From Tubiluchus corallicola (Eukaryota > Animalia > Priapulida), in the NCBI GenBank assembly GCA_030141605.1, contig JAQGDQ010000134.1, positions 1 through 64,000 of the forward strand: a DNA stretch of 64,000 nt, in the 5' to 3' direction. Numbering within the stretch: position 1 is the first letter of the stretch; each line of letters opens with the position of its first letter. Positions 51,384 through 64,000 of the stretch are shown here, one piece after another. The position numbers and the translations under genes are program-made. The notes beneath the pieces are model-generated. The model did no database searches and had not been told where the DNA came from. It was given only the letters and a program-made list of their open reading frames with translations.

Positions 51384-53070
51384 TTAATGTCAAAACCATT
51401 ATTAATGAGGGCACAAGCTCGCAATTACTTAAATTTGAATACCAAACTAGAAAAACACAAAATGTGAAAAAGTTGGTGACAGGATAACAAAGCGAGGATT
51501 TGAATAAAGACCACTATTAGCCATTAGGGAAATTACTGATGACCTGTGTTACTGAATGAAGTCAAGCGCAAAACTGCTCATTATCATTTTCTATTTAGAC
51601 AGTTTATTTCGTTTCAGAATGCCTTTTCGCTTCGGTATCGTATCAAGTTTCGTACCAGCACCAGCGAGGCACATCAAAGAATGAACACTTAAAAATGAAC
51701 ATAAGAATGATGATTATTACAAGTGTTCTTCTCTTTCACCATAGCACCCCATAAAATTATAACAAAAACATTATAACACTAACACTGTTGTAATTGTAGT
51801 AAATGTCTAAACAACTTATTATTAAGCAGTGCTACTGATTTTGATCGCTGAAGTCGCCATTCCACTCGCCATAAACTGACTCACAATCACTTCACTATCA
51901 CTTGTCATGCCTCAATTACCTGAAAAGTGGTTCGAAGTTATTCTGTCTCCAAGTGCCTCCTTTCTTTCTTGTCTCATGCAGCGATTTGCGCTAGAGTTTT
52001 CAGAGAAGAAAATCAACGCAGGATTAGTAGATAAGTGGAACTAAATGGAATTTTAACTAAGCGCTGGTTGTAATGCCTGAGAGCCTTACAAATCTCATCG
52101 GAAAGAGTGTGAAATTTGCCACTTTGCGTACGTTACTTGATTAAGCACCAGGGGCAGTGCTAAGTTCATACTAGGTATGGGAATGGTCGAATTTGTGTTT
52201 AAATGAAGTGCTATAACTGTAACACCTGAAAACACTGCAAAAAAGGCAAGAGTTTCTGTTTGCAAATCATAGATAATTATATAGTATCGGTATAATTATT
52301 ACAGGAAAAACTACCGATTCTTGCAAAATTGCCTCAATGTCGTGTAGACACCAAATTCAAAACTGTCAACAATTGGATGTCTACATGATAACATTTGACA
52401 ACATAAATTTTATTATGCCGTTTATACACTGACAAAAAAGTTGCAAAATTACAGTTTCTACGACAACTTCAATCACAAAATGACAACGTGAGGGTTTTAC
52501 AAGAATCATTGTAATTGTTTTGTAAGTTCTAATTATCGATTACAATATATGGATTAATATTTTGATCTGCATTAGGGCAGATAATCTTACACTTTAGTTG
52601 TTGTTTAATAGGTTAACAATCTAACACTGACATTACCAGCACTGTAGTTCTGGTTGAAGTCTCTTAATCTGCTTAGCACAGCTTAATTTGCTTATTCTGT
52701 ATCTTTTTTATGAATTCATTCCGTCAGTTTGGTTTTCTTTTTCAGTAAAAATTGCTGTTTTCGGATCAGCGGTTACAAAAGATAAGTAGGTCTTGCATTT
52801 CGTCCGGTTAGAGACGCTTGAATCGACGACTATTTTTCAGACACACTTGTGTTTGTGCTGAAAGAAGCGAATTCAGGACCATAAACGAACAGAAGAGCCA
52901 TTTGCTATAATTGTCCATTTAGACCTAGTACAGAAATTGAAAGAAGTAGGCGTGCGTATGTTTTCAGACCAAACCTTTGCTCTTGTTAGTGAAGTCAAAG
53001 TAAAGTCGACCATTGATTGTTGACTTCGATTAGCCGCTGATTCGACTTCATTTTTGATCCATTAACGCAG

Positions 53071-53300
53071 GAAGGAGGCGACCTGGGTGATTTGGAGAGA
53101 CTTCATCCATCCATCAGTGTCATACAGTTTGGTCGAGTTAAAACAATCTCTTAAGTGGAAAATAGGGACATTTTCCCTTTGAAGCCAAACAACGGCATTG
53201 GGAGTGACAGGAAACGGGAAACCGGAAATGGGAAAGCGACGGCAGAAATCCGGGAAGTCGAGAAAAAACGCGGCGACTGATCCTTGCAGGAAAGATTCAG
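53071..53300 (+). other. Candidate exon of an unidentified gene (possible first coding segment 53228-53300, MGKRRQKSGKSRKNAATDPCRKDS)
   Basis: ttaacgcag| acceptor, CAG|gtaaga donor, GC-rich, ATG in aaATGG context. No homology recognised and no convincing next exon found. Confidence 0.3.
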
Positions 53301-53864
53301 GTAAGATGTTTACCAAATTTGTCAGTTTTCTTTTTTTATGCTTACTTTTCACTGTATTACCTTTGCCATGCGATGCTGAGCTAAACAGGGTCAACCCATT
53401 CACTTATATCACTCACTTGACGTGACTCGTAGATTCAGTAATCCTTCATGGTCCACATTTATTACCCACCAATAATATTGTGGCATTGTGGCTTCACACT
53501 TTTGATTTTATAGCGTTTATGCCTCCGTGTATTGTACTTTTTAATGATCTACTTGTGTATTTATGTTTTGTGTCTGGGTGCGTGTGTAGTATATATGTAA
53601 ATATTTTAGTAGTTTATTTGTAATTTTATATAGCTGAAAGTTTTAATTTTTTATAACATTATGTATTTTTAAATGTATTAGAAAATAAATTTAAGATAAA
53701 TAAAATATCCCGCGTAGAGCTAGATTAGTCTTGTTTCAACACTGCATTATTTATATGATTATCACTAAAAGCTTTAAAATTATTAGCAGTATGAGATTTT
53801 GGTAACATAGCTAGCAGTGCCACACATAACACTGGCAGATTTGTCACATAACAAGTAAATAAAT

Positions 53865-54185
<321 letters not shown>

Positions 54186-57100
54186 CCCTATAGGTAGACT
54201 TCCCTAAGATATCTACAAGTTGCCTGTTTCTTGTGATAGGTGTGTAACACATGGGGTTTCCTGTTCGTTTCCGTCCCACTGGTGAAAGTCTAATCTTTGT
54301 TTACTGCATTTAAACAGTTAACTACTTTCATCGGGTTTCTCTTAACCCTTGATGACTCGGATACGGTTCGAATATCCCATTCCTTTCAGAGAAGCAACGT
54401 TCCAAAATTGAGTGACACTTTTTCCTGTAAACATAGCTGGAATCCCATTGATTTGTTGTTTTTCTTGTTTAACCTAATCACGTGGTTTCCATTAGGGCGC
54501 AACGGAGTTTTTTCAGATGATGGGAGCATTCAGGGCCATTGTCCAAACGCTTGTCCAATTAACTCTTGCCGCCCGGGGAGACATACACACAGACATAACT
54601 CCCTGACAAGTTGAAACAATATTATCTTTCCTGTTTGTGTAGATTTAATTATCTTTGCTCGAAATATCTGTGGGCTGATTTTCTTAACGTTTCCTTAGCG
54701 TGAGGCGATTTTTTGCCGACTATAATAATCTGTCCAGTGGGGGTGGATGGGGGTAAGCGCGCTCAATCGGACAACTTCTGTCTCTTGTAATAAGCGGTTA
54801 AAACAACTAATTTTGATGAACTACAATAACAGATTCTTGGTTGTATTGATCATCAGATTGGCAGTAACATTTAGTGGATGAACTGGGCTGTCCAGGCTTA
54901 AAGACGCAAATCTGTTTATTGTGAAATTCCTTAAGTTTTGGTCGTAGCAAAAAACTTTAAAAACATTATTATACAGTTATATTATTGAATTATGATGTGT
55001 TTTTAAGTGAGAAATCACGAAATTGGAATACTGAATTATTAGATTAGATTAGATTCGATTAGATTATTATTTATTTCGACAGCTGGGTCATAAATTACCT
55101 AAAAATACACACAATTGCAAGTACATTTACAATTATAAACAATTAACATCTAAAACTACAATTGTTAAGAAATAATAAAAATATTAAAATTACTGAAATA
55201 AAACAACTCTGGTAATCTGTCATTTTACCTTCATTTTAAACCTGTGGTCTAATTTCAGTTATCTATAGCTAAAGAACATGTTATCATGTCCAGCCCATTT
55301 CGCTCAGTGCATCGTTTTTCAAGTGAGATTATTGTTTTGACATGTGGAATAAGTTCCTTCTTGTTTCGGGGGTTTCCTTATTTTTCTCCGAAACTCCTGA
55401 TCTGGTCATTTTTTCTGGAAACAAATGCGCAAATTTTTGTAAACTTTGTGTGAGCTCTGTCGAAAGCGAAACTTGATTAGGACTATGTCTTCCAGAAAAA
55501 CAAAATTATCTATGACACGCTCTGTCATAGTTTTTAAACCATGCTAGCGCTTTACTCGCTAATATTTGATATTGAGACAATAACTATTATAGTCATAATG
55601 TACGTAACAAAGAGTTAACTCGTCTAACTATATATTAATGCGTTAATTTGCTAATAGTTACATAAGCTTGGTGTGTTAATGTAATTATAGTTACACGAGC
55701 TATAACGCTGTTGCTAAAATCGTATTTACGAGGGTATTACTTATTGTAAATGGGTCACTTAATAATAATAGTTTGGCTGTTGAGTTTACTACTCAACTTT
55801 TCTGCATTATTAAAAGAATTTCTTATCTTACCAGAACAGCCACGCCAATTATTACCTAAACCTGGACAGTTTCCGCCAGCTTTTCCAACTTACAAATGTC
55901 ATTGATGACAGAAACCAATTATTATTCACTGGGTTTCTTCTTTTCTCCTAAAGCTTGTTTCCTCTTTGGCGTTAAATCGGTTTTCAGCAGCTCCCGGCTT
56001 TAATCCGACGTCGCGAACCGTTTTTGAGCGTGTCGAGGCGTTTTTGATAATCACTGTCGGATTATCGTCTCGGGTAGGCGCATTAAGGTCATGTAGCACA
56101 TCGGGTATGTTTACTTAGCCTTAGTTAATGCCTTCACTTTTCTTGACAAGCACACCAGATAAATGAGTTCAAAAAATCTGCTGAAACTGAGCTTGTTTAG
56201 AAAACAACTTCTTCAGTGATTACTCGATTTTCGGCGCTAATTGAATCACTTCTGTTGGTTCGGTTTGGTTCTTGTCTCTGACTTGAGCTGACTCAGTGAA
56301 CTATTCCCGAAGATTTTTTTGCCAGAAAATGCTAGAGATGTAATTATTGTCTCCTCCCTCTGAAATGATGAGCACGAAGAGAAGAAGGAACAAGAACAGG
56401 AACAGGAAAAAAGAACAATGGCAATGGTGACAGTGACGCCGGTGCTATCGTGGCTGATGAATATGGATGACAACAACGATGACAATGAAAGATTATTCAA
56501 ATTTTTCAAAACTTTTAGGGCTAAAAATCTGTGAAAATTTTGTCACGTCATTGATGTACTTTTGACAAGCACATAATTTCAGGCAGTTATACGTTAACTT
56601 TACTATGCCAAACTGAAAAACGTTACCACACCACCTTTGGCTGTATGAATTGGTCTTGTCATGTTGCACTCTTTCTCTTCTGAGTGCCGTCTTCATCGGT
56701 TTTAATTACAATGTTCCCAGAATCCTCAATCAGTTGTTTATACTCAAAATATTTGCTATCAGCATCAAGGTTTCTCCATACGCTGACAAGCCCTGTTAAT
56801 TATCCAATGTTTGAAGACGCTGATGATGGTGGGAGCGTGTTGAAAGAGCGCTGCGTGTGGGAAAAATACGAAATCATCGCAGTTTGTGATCGTTTTAACA
56901 ATGGCGAAGATAAGCGCTTACATCAAAATCCTGATCAATGGCATTTAAAGATTTTATGCCAAATACTTTGTTTCTGTGTAGGTTATATAAGTTTGCATAT
57001 TTCATGATCAGTGAGTCTTATAATCCTGTGATAAATGTAGCCACGTTATGTGCTTTATAGAAATAAGTAAAATCCATTTCGACGAGAGTAAGTAGTAATC

Positions 57101-57381
57101 TACTAAGTATACCACGGTCGAGTCTAAACTGTGCCAGTTTTAACCATTTAAATCAATGTTTTTTAACAATGAAATCAGTTGCTTGGCAAAATGAGTTACT
57201 CCACTGTAGACCACTGATTATCTAAACAATAAACTGTATAATTTTTACATTTGTTTCAAACAGTTGCCAAGTTAGGCTGCCGCAGGATTGCCACGGTTGT
57301 CCTTCATGTAATACTAAAAGTCACAATTATGTCATGTCTTAATGGCAAAAACTGCAAACAAGTTCCGATTTTGGTGACGGT

Positions 57382-57399
57382 AATGATGATAATGATGAC

Positions 57400-57453
<54 letters not shown>
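57382..57453. repeat. (GAT)n microsatellite
   Basis: Read directly from the sequence. Confidence 0.97.
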
Positions 57454-57454
<1 letters not shown>

Positions 57455-60070
57455 GTGATTGTGACAATGATGATAAAATATGGCGAGGAAGATTAGGTGG
57501 TAACATGTGAATGACAACTATGTTTTTTGGGTTCTTTGATTTGGTTTGTAAATTTCAGTATCATTGTTTAAAATACTCAACATCAGTATTGTTATCATTA
57601 ATTAGATTATGGCTGTGAATGCCAGAATAAACCATTGTAGTATTTCACAACAATTATTACCCATTGTGGGCAATGAGTTGAAGAAAGAAAAGAGACACTA
57701 AAAATTGTGAACTGGTCGGGAAATGAACTCGAAATGGTAGTTATTGTAATAATTAGCTCGAAGACATTATCCTGACAGATATATTAAATTCTAAGAATTT
57801 TTTGTTCAATTTTTTGTTACTAGTGTGATTGATTTATCCACATAAAAATAGTGTCACTAGACTCGCTACCACACTGCAGGCCTCGCAGGGAGCTTCACTA
57901 GCTAACTACTCGTTAACTTCAATTTGAAATACCAATGCTGCTGACGCATTGCTTGACGGTCGTGCAAATAGGTTACCTAATGGATTTAGTAAATAAATTA
58001 ACCCTTCGGCAATTTTAACTGTGACTTTGCTTCTGCTTCTAATTTCAATATGTTTTAATTATCGTAATTTGCTGCTGGCGCCGCTTGCATTATTCCGGTT
58101 ACTGAGTCTGCTGGAAGCCATGTTGGGCCCTCACCCAACCGGTTGTTGGATAAAGAGGGCTAACTTATCGTTTGAAATTAAGTGACTAACAATTTAAATA
58201 CTGGGCATAATTTTTTTTTATTCCCAACGGACTTTTCAAGAACGTGCGTTATCAGAATATTCGTACTGCCAAAGGACATTATAAGATATATTTTTTTAGA
58301 ATTCGCTTCATTTTCGTACTAACACTTACTCAAGTCTGCAAAACCAAAAGGAAAAAATCTGTTTTAGTCTCATGCACATTTTCCTCCACTTAGAAGTCAC
58401 TTTGAATCTGGCGACTCTATTTTTCATTAATAGACCGAAAAATCGATGTTTGAAATCTGTATCAATATTATGGGAGATTTTTGCTTACCTGTTTATTTAT
58501 TTGTATCGTCTTGAGAGTTTTTGACAAATTTCGGGTGTTAAACAGTAAAAGTATCCGAACCTAGACAGGAATTATCTCGATTACTTTGCTGCTGAAATAA
58601 AACAAAAATGAAATGATCACCTAAATTTAGACATAATTATAATAAACCCCTGGCAATCATGGTTAAGTTCTTGAATGTTTTAATAGTGTAACAATTCTTC
58701 CACCCGAGGAAGACCGGAGAGCTTGGTTATCACAACCCAGTGGTGAACTGAAAGGTACCGAAAATTAACTTTGAAAGATGCATTGAAACTTGTTTTCAAT
58801 GTATTTTCACAATATTAAGTGGGTGAACCCAATAACATTTAGAGTAAGATAAGTCGGAAGTTGGTACCGCAAAAGTGTGCTACAAACCTGCAACCTTAAA
58901 GGAAAAAGGCACTAAAAAACTTGGAAATTTCTAGCTTTAAGCAGCGAAGAGTGAAAGAAAAAACGAAAAGTTAACGTGTGAACGCACTTGTACGAACTTC
59001 AATGTGAAATGGGCTTATTGTGTTGGCAAGGATCTGTGTTTTTAATGATGAATTAATATTGGTTTTTTAATTAATTAATTTGAGGCAATTAGCTGCTTTG
59101 TTGATAACATGAATACAACGTTTATATCGTCATCAATTTCCTTTGTAACGCATGTTATACAAATATACATGTTGTATACACGCAAGTCATAGTTATGCAT
59201 GGACAGTAACCGTTGTTGTAACTCACAACGGGTCAGTCATAATCGCTATATTATTATTAATTTCGATTAATAATATTATTTCTCGCTCTTCTCGTGTTGA
59301 GGAGGCTCTAGTGTGGACGAAACAAACACAGCGTTCCATTATATTAGTAATATTTACTTAGCACCACATACAACCGTCACTGTATGAAACTTGATTCCAT
59401 TGTGGTAAAGAGGCGCCAGTGAATCAGAATGCTTTGCTCTATGGTGCGTGGTTTTCAATGTTAGTGCAAATTAGCACATAGTTTTCACACAGATTTTCGG
59501 TGCAAATGTGCAAATTACGCTGTTTTCTTATACTTTTTAAAATTTTGATTCCAACCTGCTTCAACCTAAAAACAACCCATTAGATCAATTCCGGGTGCCA
59601 AAATTACATACACGGAGAAATAAGGCTATTTGTCTTCATCTGATACATATAATATCTAATTGAAGAACTAAGTCGTAATTTCATAGTAAAAATCCAAGAC
59701 GGCGCCAAGATGGCTGCCTAATGAAAAATATTTTGCAATAGGAACGTCAAAATCCGTTACCAGACACATAGGAATACACAAAAGTTAGTTATAGAAAAAT
59801 ACGTCATTTCAGTGCATGGGAGCGTATAGTTCTACTAGACTATATGAGTAACTGTGTTTTTGATATTTTCAGGGGTTTCACGTGCAGCTATGACTTACAT
59901 GTGTAGTATAATTTCCTCGAAAACGCTTTTAATGCATACCAATATTTGCTGCTTTGATATGACAATAAAAGCACATATGGTTCCAGTTCGATTTCTTTAA
60001 TTTTTCTTTTGAAAAGTAATGTTATAAATATAGAAAGTTTAAGAATGCTGGTAATTTTTCTGATTTATTC

Positions 60071-60304
60071 ATTAGTTAGATTATGACTGTGATTATCAGA
60101 CTGTTTATAAACCATTGCGGTTTATTTTTAACAATTATTACCCACTGCGGGCAATAAGTTGGAGAAAGAAGGCGTGAAAAATTGTGGACTAGTCGGGAAT
60201 TTTTCAGCGTCTCCAGTCTTTTTACCCGCAATTTGTAATAATTGTTAAAATAGACCGCAACGGGTTCTAAATACTCTGGCAATCACAGTTATAATCTAAC
60301 TAAT
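60071..60304. mobile_element. Palindromic (foldback) MITE; partial sister copy at 57595-57757
   Basis: attagttagattatgactgtgatt...aacaattattac..gcggg pairs with cccgc..gtaataattgtt...aatcacagttataatctaactaat. The left arm recurs at 57595-57757. Confidence 0.8.
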
Positions 60305-62534
60305 TAATGATATCGTTAGTTGCCAGCTAATTTGAGAAAAGTGTTTTTCTAATTTATTCTTTTTTATAGGCATCATTATATCCTAAAATAGCATAGGTGA
60401 TTAAACACTCTGTAAATAAAAAGTAAACACGTATACTAAAACAGTGTTTTAGCTTTATTGCTGTTCTGAAGAAAAAACATTAGTTTTTTAATAAAATTAA
60501 ATTATTTAGTGCGAGAGAAATTTATTTTAGGTACTTTTCGAATAGTTGAGATATTGCAAAATACAGTATGGACAACAGACGAATACAAATTAATGTCAAA
60601 TTATGACTATAAGAAATGCACACATTTCCTTAAAAGAACCGCAAAATACATCAAGTTGTTTTCCACAAAGAATGTGCTAACAATCTTTCCTTGTTACAGC
60701 AAAGTATAAAAAATTCTTACACCAGGTACGTGTAATTACTACCTGTAGTGATATGGGAGGAGTTTTAACACTTTGAATGCGCTAGTACCCGGATAACATC
60801 TGGGCGAGGTATCACATTTTAAAAGAAGATTAAACAAGTTGCTATTCACCATTTTGCTTTGCATGCCAAGCCTCTATAGCTGTCAGCTGATGGTTTTTTA
60901 ATTTCTACCTAAGTCTCTGCAGGGTGGAAAGAGTTACACGGCGCGGCCTTTCATGTCAGCGAAGGTCACAAGCACACGTAAAAGCTGAAAGTATTACTAA
61001 TTGCGTACTTGAATTTTCACCTGTTTTAATCTACGATTGAAAAGCTTTTTGTATCTATACAGACTTCAGTGAAGCCACACCCAGCAGTACATAATAAGTT
61101 GAGCGAAGGACCACCAACGAAGAATAAATTATTAATACAGCTATCAGATACTACAAAAATAACAACTGTATCAGGAAATGATAGTTTTGTAAGTTACCGC
61201 AAATAGATATAGAAACGTATTTTAGTGTATTTAATATATTTAATTTTTTATTAATCCGTTTTTCACTCTCCTTACCAGAAATAAAACATCAAAAAGTAAA
61301 GTTTTTAAAGAAATGAGTCCTGACACTGTGACGTCGTAATTAGTGCATCTATGACAAGCTCTCAAGAACTATATAGCGAGGAACACAGAGTAGAAATTAG
61401 GCTAGCTGGAGCTGAGATCATCAAATTGTTTTATTAAATGTTTATTAAAAGTGTTGCAATGTTACAAATGTTTAATTGCTGTGTTTGATGTTTCATCATA
61501 GTAACGAATCCAGGATAAACTCAAAACAACACAATAAAAGCCAGTCTCGTTGAGAAACCAGCATGAATCATCCCCTGTCTATTTTTTGGTTCTTAGAACT
61601 GCAAATAACATGTGTAGTAAGAGATATTAAGATCAGTGTTCATTACTCGACATCAAATGAATTGTCTTTTCGTGGTCTTGTTACTTTTTATCTGTTCTAT
61701 TCAGCTTGCAGGGGGTGGCAATCATTTCCTGACACCCCTTTTTGGACAATGTTTACGGGGAAATAGGCTTTTATCAGCACCACTGCACCTCAATAATTCT
61801 TGGCTATTTCTATTTCATTAGTTGTTTTGTAACAATGAAAGAAAAACATTCCAACAAAAGTGAAATTGAAACGATAATTGAAGCTCTGGCGAATTTATAG
61901 TTTTTCGCGTTGAAGTTGGAGTAAAGAGTCTGTTTAGTTTTTTTTACTAATGTTGTGAGGAAGATAAGATGCCTGTACAGTTCTGTGCCGCCATCAACAC
62001 GGTTAAGCGTATCCAAGATTAATACATCCAGATCCAGAATTAATGGCGCTAGTGTGAATGTAAAACAAAACAATACAACATAAATGAATAAGTGGAATAG
62101 TTGACTACCACGCGCGAAAAGGCAACCGAAGTTAAGCAACGCCATGCATGGTCAGTAAATAGATGAGGTCTACCAGGAAAACTGCCTCTGGACGCTTTCG
62201 TTGAGAAAGGGTGCGCTACATGGCTAAGAATTGCCTACTTTTAGTGACTTATTTTAGAGAATGTTATCCTTGATAATTAGCCAGGTTCCGGTCCTACAAC
62301 ACCTATGTACATTAAGTATGAGTAGGCCTGAGTGACTGGATCAAAAAATAAAAATTCAAACGATAGCAGTATTATAATAATTCACTATAGATATTTATAT
62401 ATAAATACAAAATAACAATGTCACACGGAAAACATCCTTTATAATCATCTTATTTAAATTATCAGTTAATAAGCTAGTGAATTTGCATTTATTATTTTTT
62501 TTAAATCTTTTGATGACAAAGAAGGTAAAGTACG

Positions 62535-62612
62535 AAAATACGAAACTGGACCTGGTTTTGAACTTTTGGATTTCAACTCCAACATCTTAACGTACTAAGG
62601 CCAAAGACGCCT
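62535..62612 (-). mobile_element. tRNA-derived SINE head (degenerate)
   Basis: Reverse complement has tggccttagt (A-box-like) and agttcaaaacc (B-box-like). Confidence 0.35.
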
Positions 62613-63124
62613 TGTGACCAAGTCTGTGTTCTGCTAGGATCTATTATAGACATGGTTTCATCAAAAGTGCTGTGTGACATAGTGCTTTAGAAGCACCTTA
62701 CATGCTTAATCGGACGTGTTTAAAAAAACTTCATTAATTACGTTAAGGTTATAAATTTACAAACCCGACTGCTGTAGCAATTTGAATCTTCAAATAAACT
62801 GTGATGTATAAAAATCTCTCTAATTTCAATACCAGCGTTTCTACCAAACTCGCGAAGTAGCCATTCTGAGTTAAAGCTATAAATCACGGATTGTCTTGCA
62901 TTAATAATTGCCACATTTGATGTAGAAGGCATCAAAATTTTCTGAATACGCCCTCTTGTCGGCTTACTTTGATCTTCATCTCGCAGTCTGCCTCTTTGGC
63001 CTGGTGGCTGGTTGGAGTTTTTCTGACAAATTATACTTCAGTGAAAGGTATTTGTACAACAGGAATATTCCAGAAAATATGCACATGCGTTGCAGGAGTG
63101 CTATGTCAAGTTTTTGATTTTTGA

Positions 63125-63539
63125 CAATTTCATGGCAAAATTGGGAGTTCTAAAGTCAAACTAAGCCCTGACCATAATATCTATAATATAAGCTTCTACT
63201 GCCTACTCTCAGTGTGACTATTCGATTTATTTTACCATAATCTTACTGTAAAACCTGTTTGTTTTAATTTTGCATCACTTCTTTGTTAGTGATATTAAAT
63301 TTGAAGAACTGCCATTTTTCGTTGCGCGAGGCCAGTACAGTGTATGAGTACAGTCACGAGGTCACAAAAGATCGGTAAACAAGCATTGGTAACCTAAGAC
63401 GCTTTCTATACCTCGTACGTCATTCTCGCTCACTGCGTCAAAACCGCGAAACTTTACGACAAGGCCCGTTTTCGGAATTCTTTGTGTAATCATAACAATG
63501 CGTTCAAAACTTCAATGACTCTTGGGGTTATATAGGCCA
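63125..63539 (-). mobile_element. Non-autonomous Kolobok-like DNA transposon, family B, copy 2
   Basis: Reverse-complement homolog of 8812-9330, ending ...gttatataggcca|TTAA. Confidence 0.65.
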
Positions 63540-64000
63540 TTAATATGCCTGAAAGCTAGTTTCTTACAAAGATTATTGACGTCAAACATATTGGTCTATC
63601 GCTCCGCCCCGATGTAACGTAAGCAGCATTTGGGACAACAGCTCACATAGGACAACAACTGTCTAAGCTAAACTAAACTAAACTAAACATACCGTGTCAA
63701 TGTATTAAGCCCAACACAGACTAACGCATAGTTTAAAAACAACTTCAGGATATTTCACATCTAAATAATGAGCAGTACAACATGACATAAAATAATAAAA
63801 CAACATAAAATGAAATGATCTAATCAAACTTGACTGACTATATCCTTTTCTTGATTACTAAACCTCCGACAACTTTTTTAAGTAAGTAAATCCTGAAAAA
63901 CAATTTCCCGTTGTAAAATCTAGGCAGCCCACTGCGACGAATCTTTGAAATTCGGCCGGCAGGAGCTTCAAACACATCAAGTCTACGATAATCATCGCCG

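Noticed and set aside
54536-54560. attgtccaaacgc, resembling part of miR-219
   Set aside because: The 5' end and seed differ (cc instead of tg), the 3' end diverges, and there is no complementary hairpin arm.
55832-58591. Stop-codon reassignment explaining the interrupted frames
   Set aside because: Genuine genes here end in TAA and TGA with no internal stops, and stop density in these blocks is close to random.

Overview
AT-rich, intron-containing animal genomic DNA, probably from an invertebrate; the species cannot be fixed from sequence alone. There are no prokaryotic, CRISPR or rRNA features. The first 24 kb holds three well-supported + strand genes. One is the last four coding exons of an Ldh_2-family (YjmC/ComC/AllD-like) NAD(P)-dependent oxidoreductase, with its stop at 6340. 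The other two are a tandem pair of TSSK4-like testis-specific Ser/Thr kinases (14288-16125 and 20674-24084) that share one phase-0 intron. The remaining ~40 kb has no recognisable protein-coding gene. It contains microsatellites and minisatellites, an interstitial (TTAGGG)-like tract, non-autonomous DNA transposons (Kolobok-like, pogo/Tigger-like, hAT-like, foldback MITEs), LINE 3' remnants, tRNA-derived SINE heads and GC-richer islands that look cis-regulatory. The best leads, all unproven, are: (i) a candidate spliced antisense transcript or micropeptide whose intron would host TSSK copy A; (ii) further minus-strand non-coding exon candidates at 55.8-58.6 kb; (iii) tandem miR-33 sites carried by a MITE in the likely Ldh_2 3' UTR; (iv) a conserved C-terminal motif in both TSSKs; (v) a Pbx-Hox/Meis site cluster. 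I cannot establish a wholly new system from this sequence alone.
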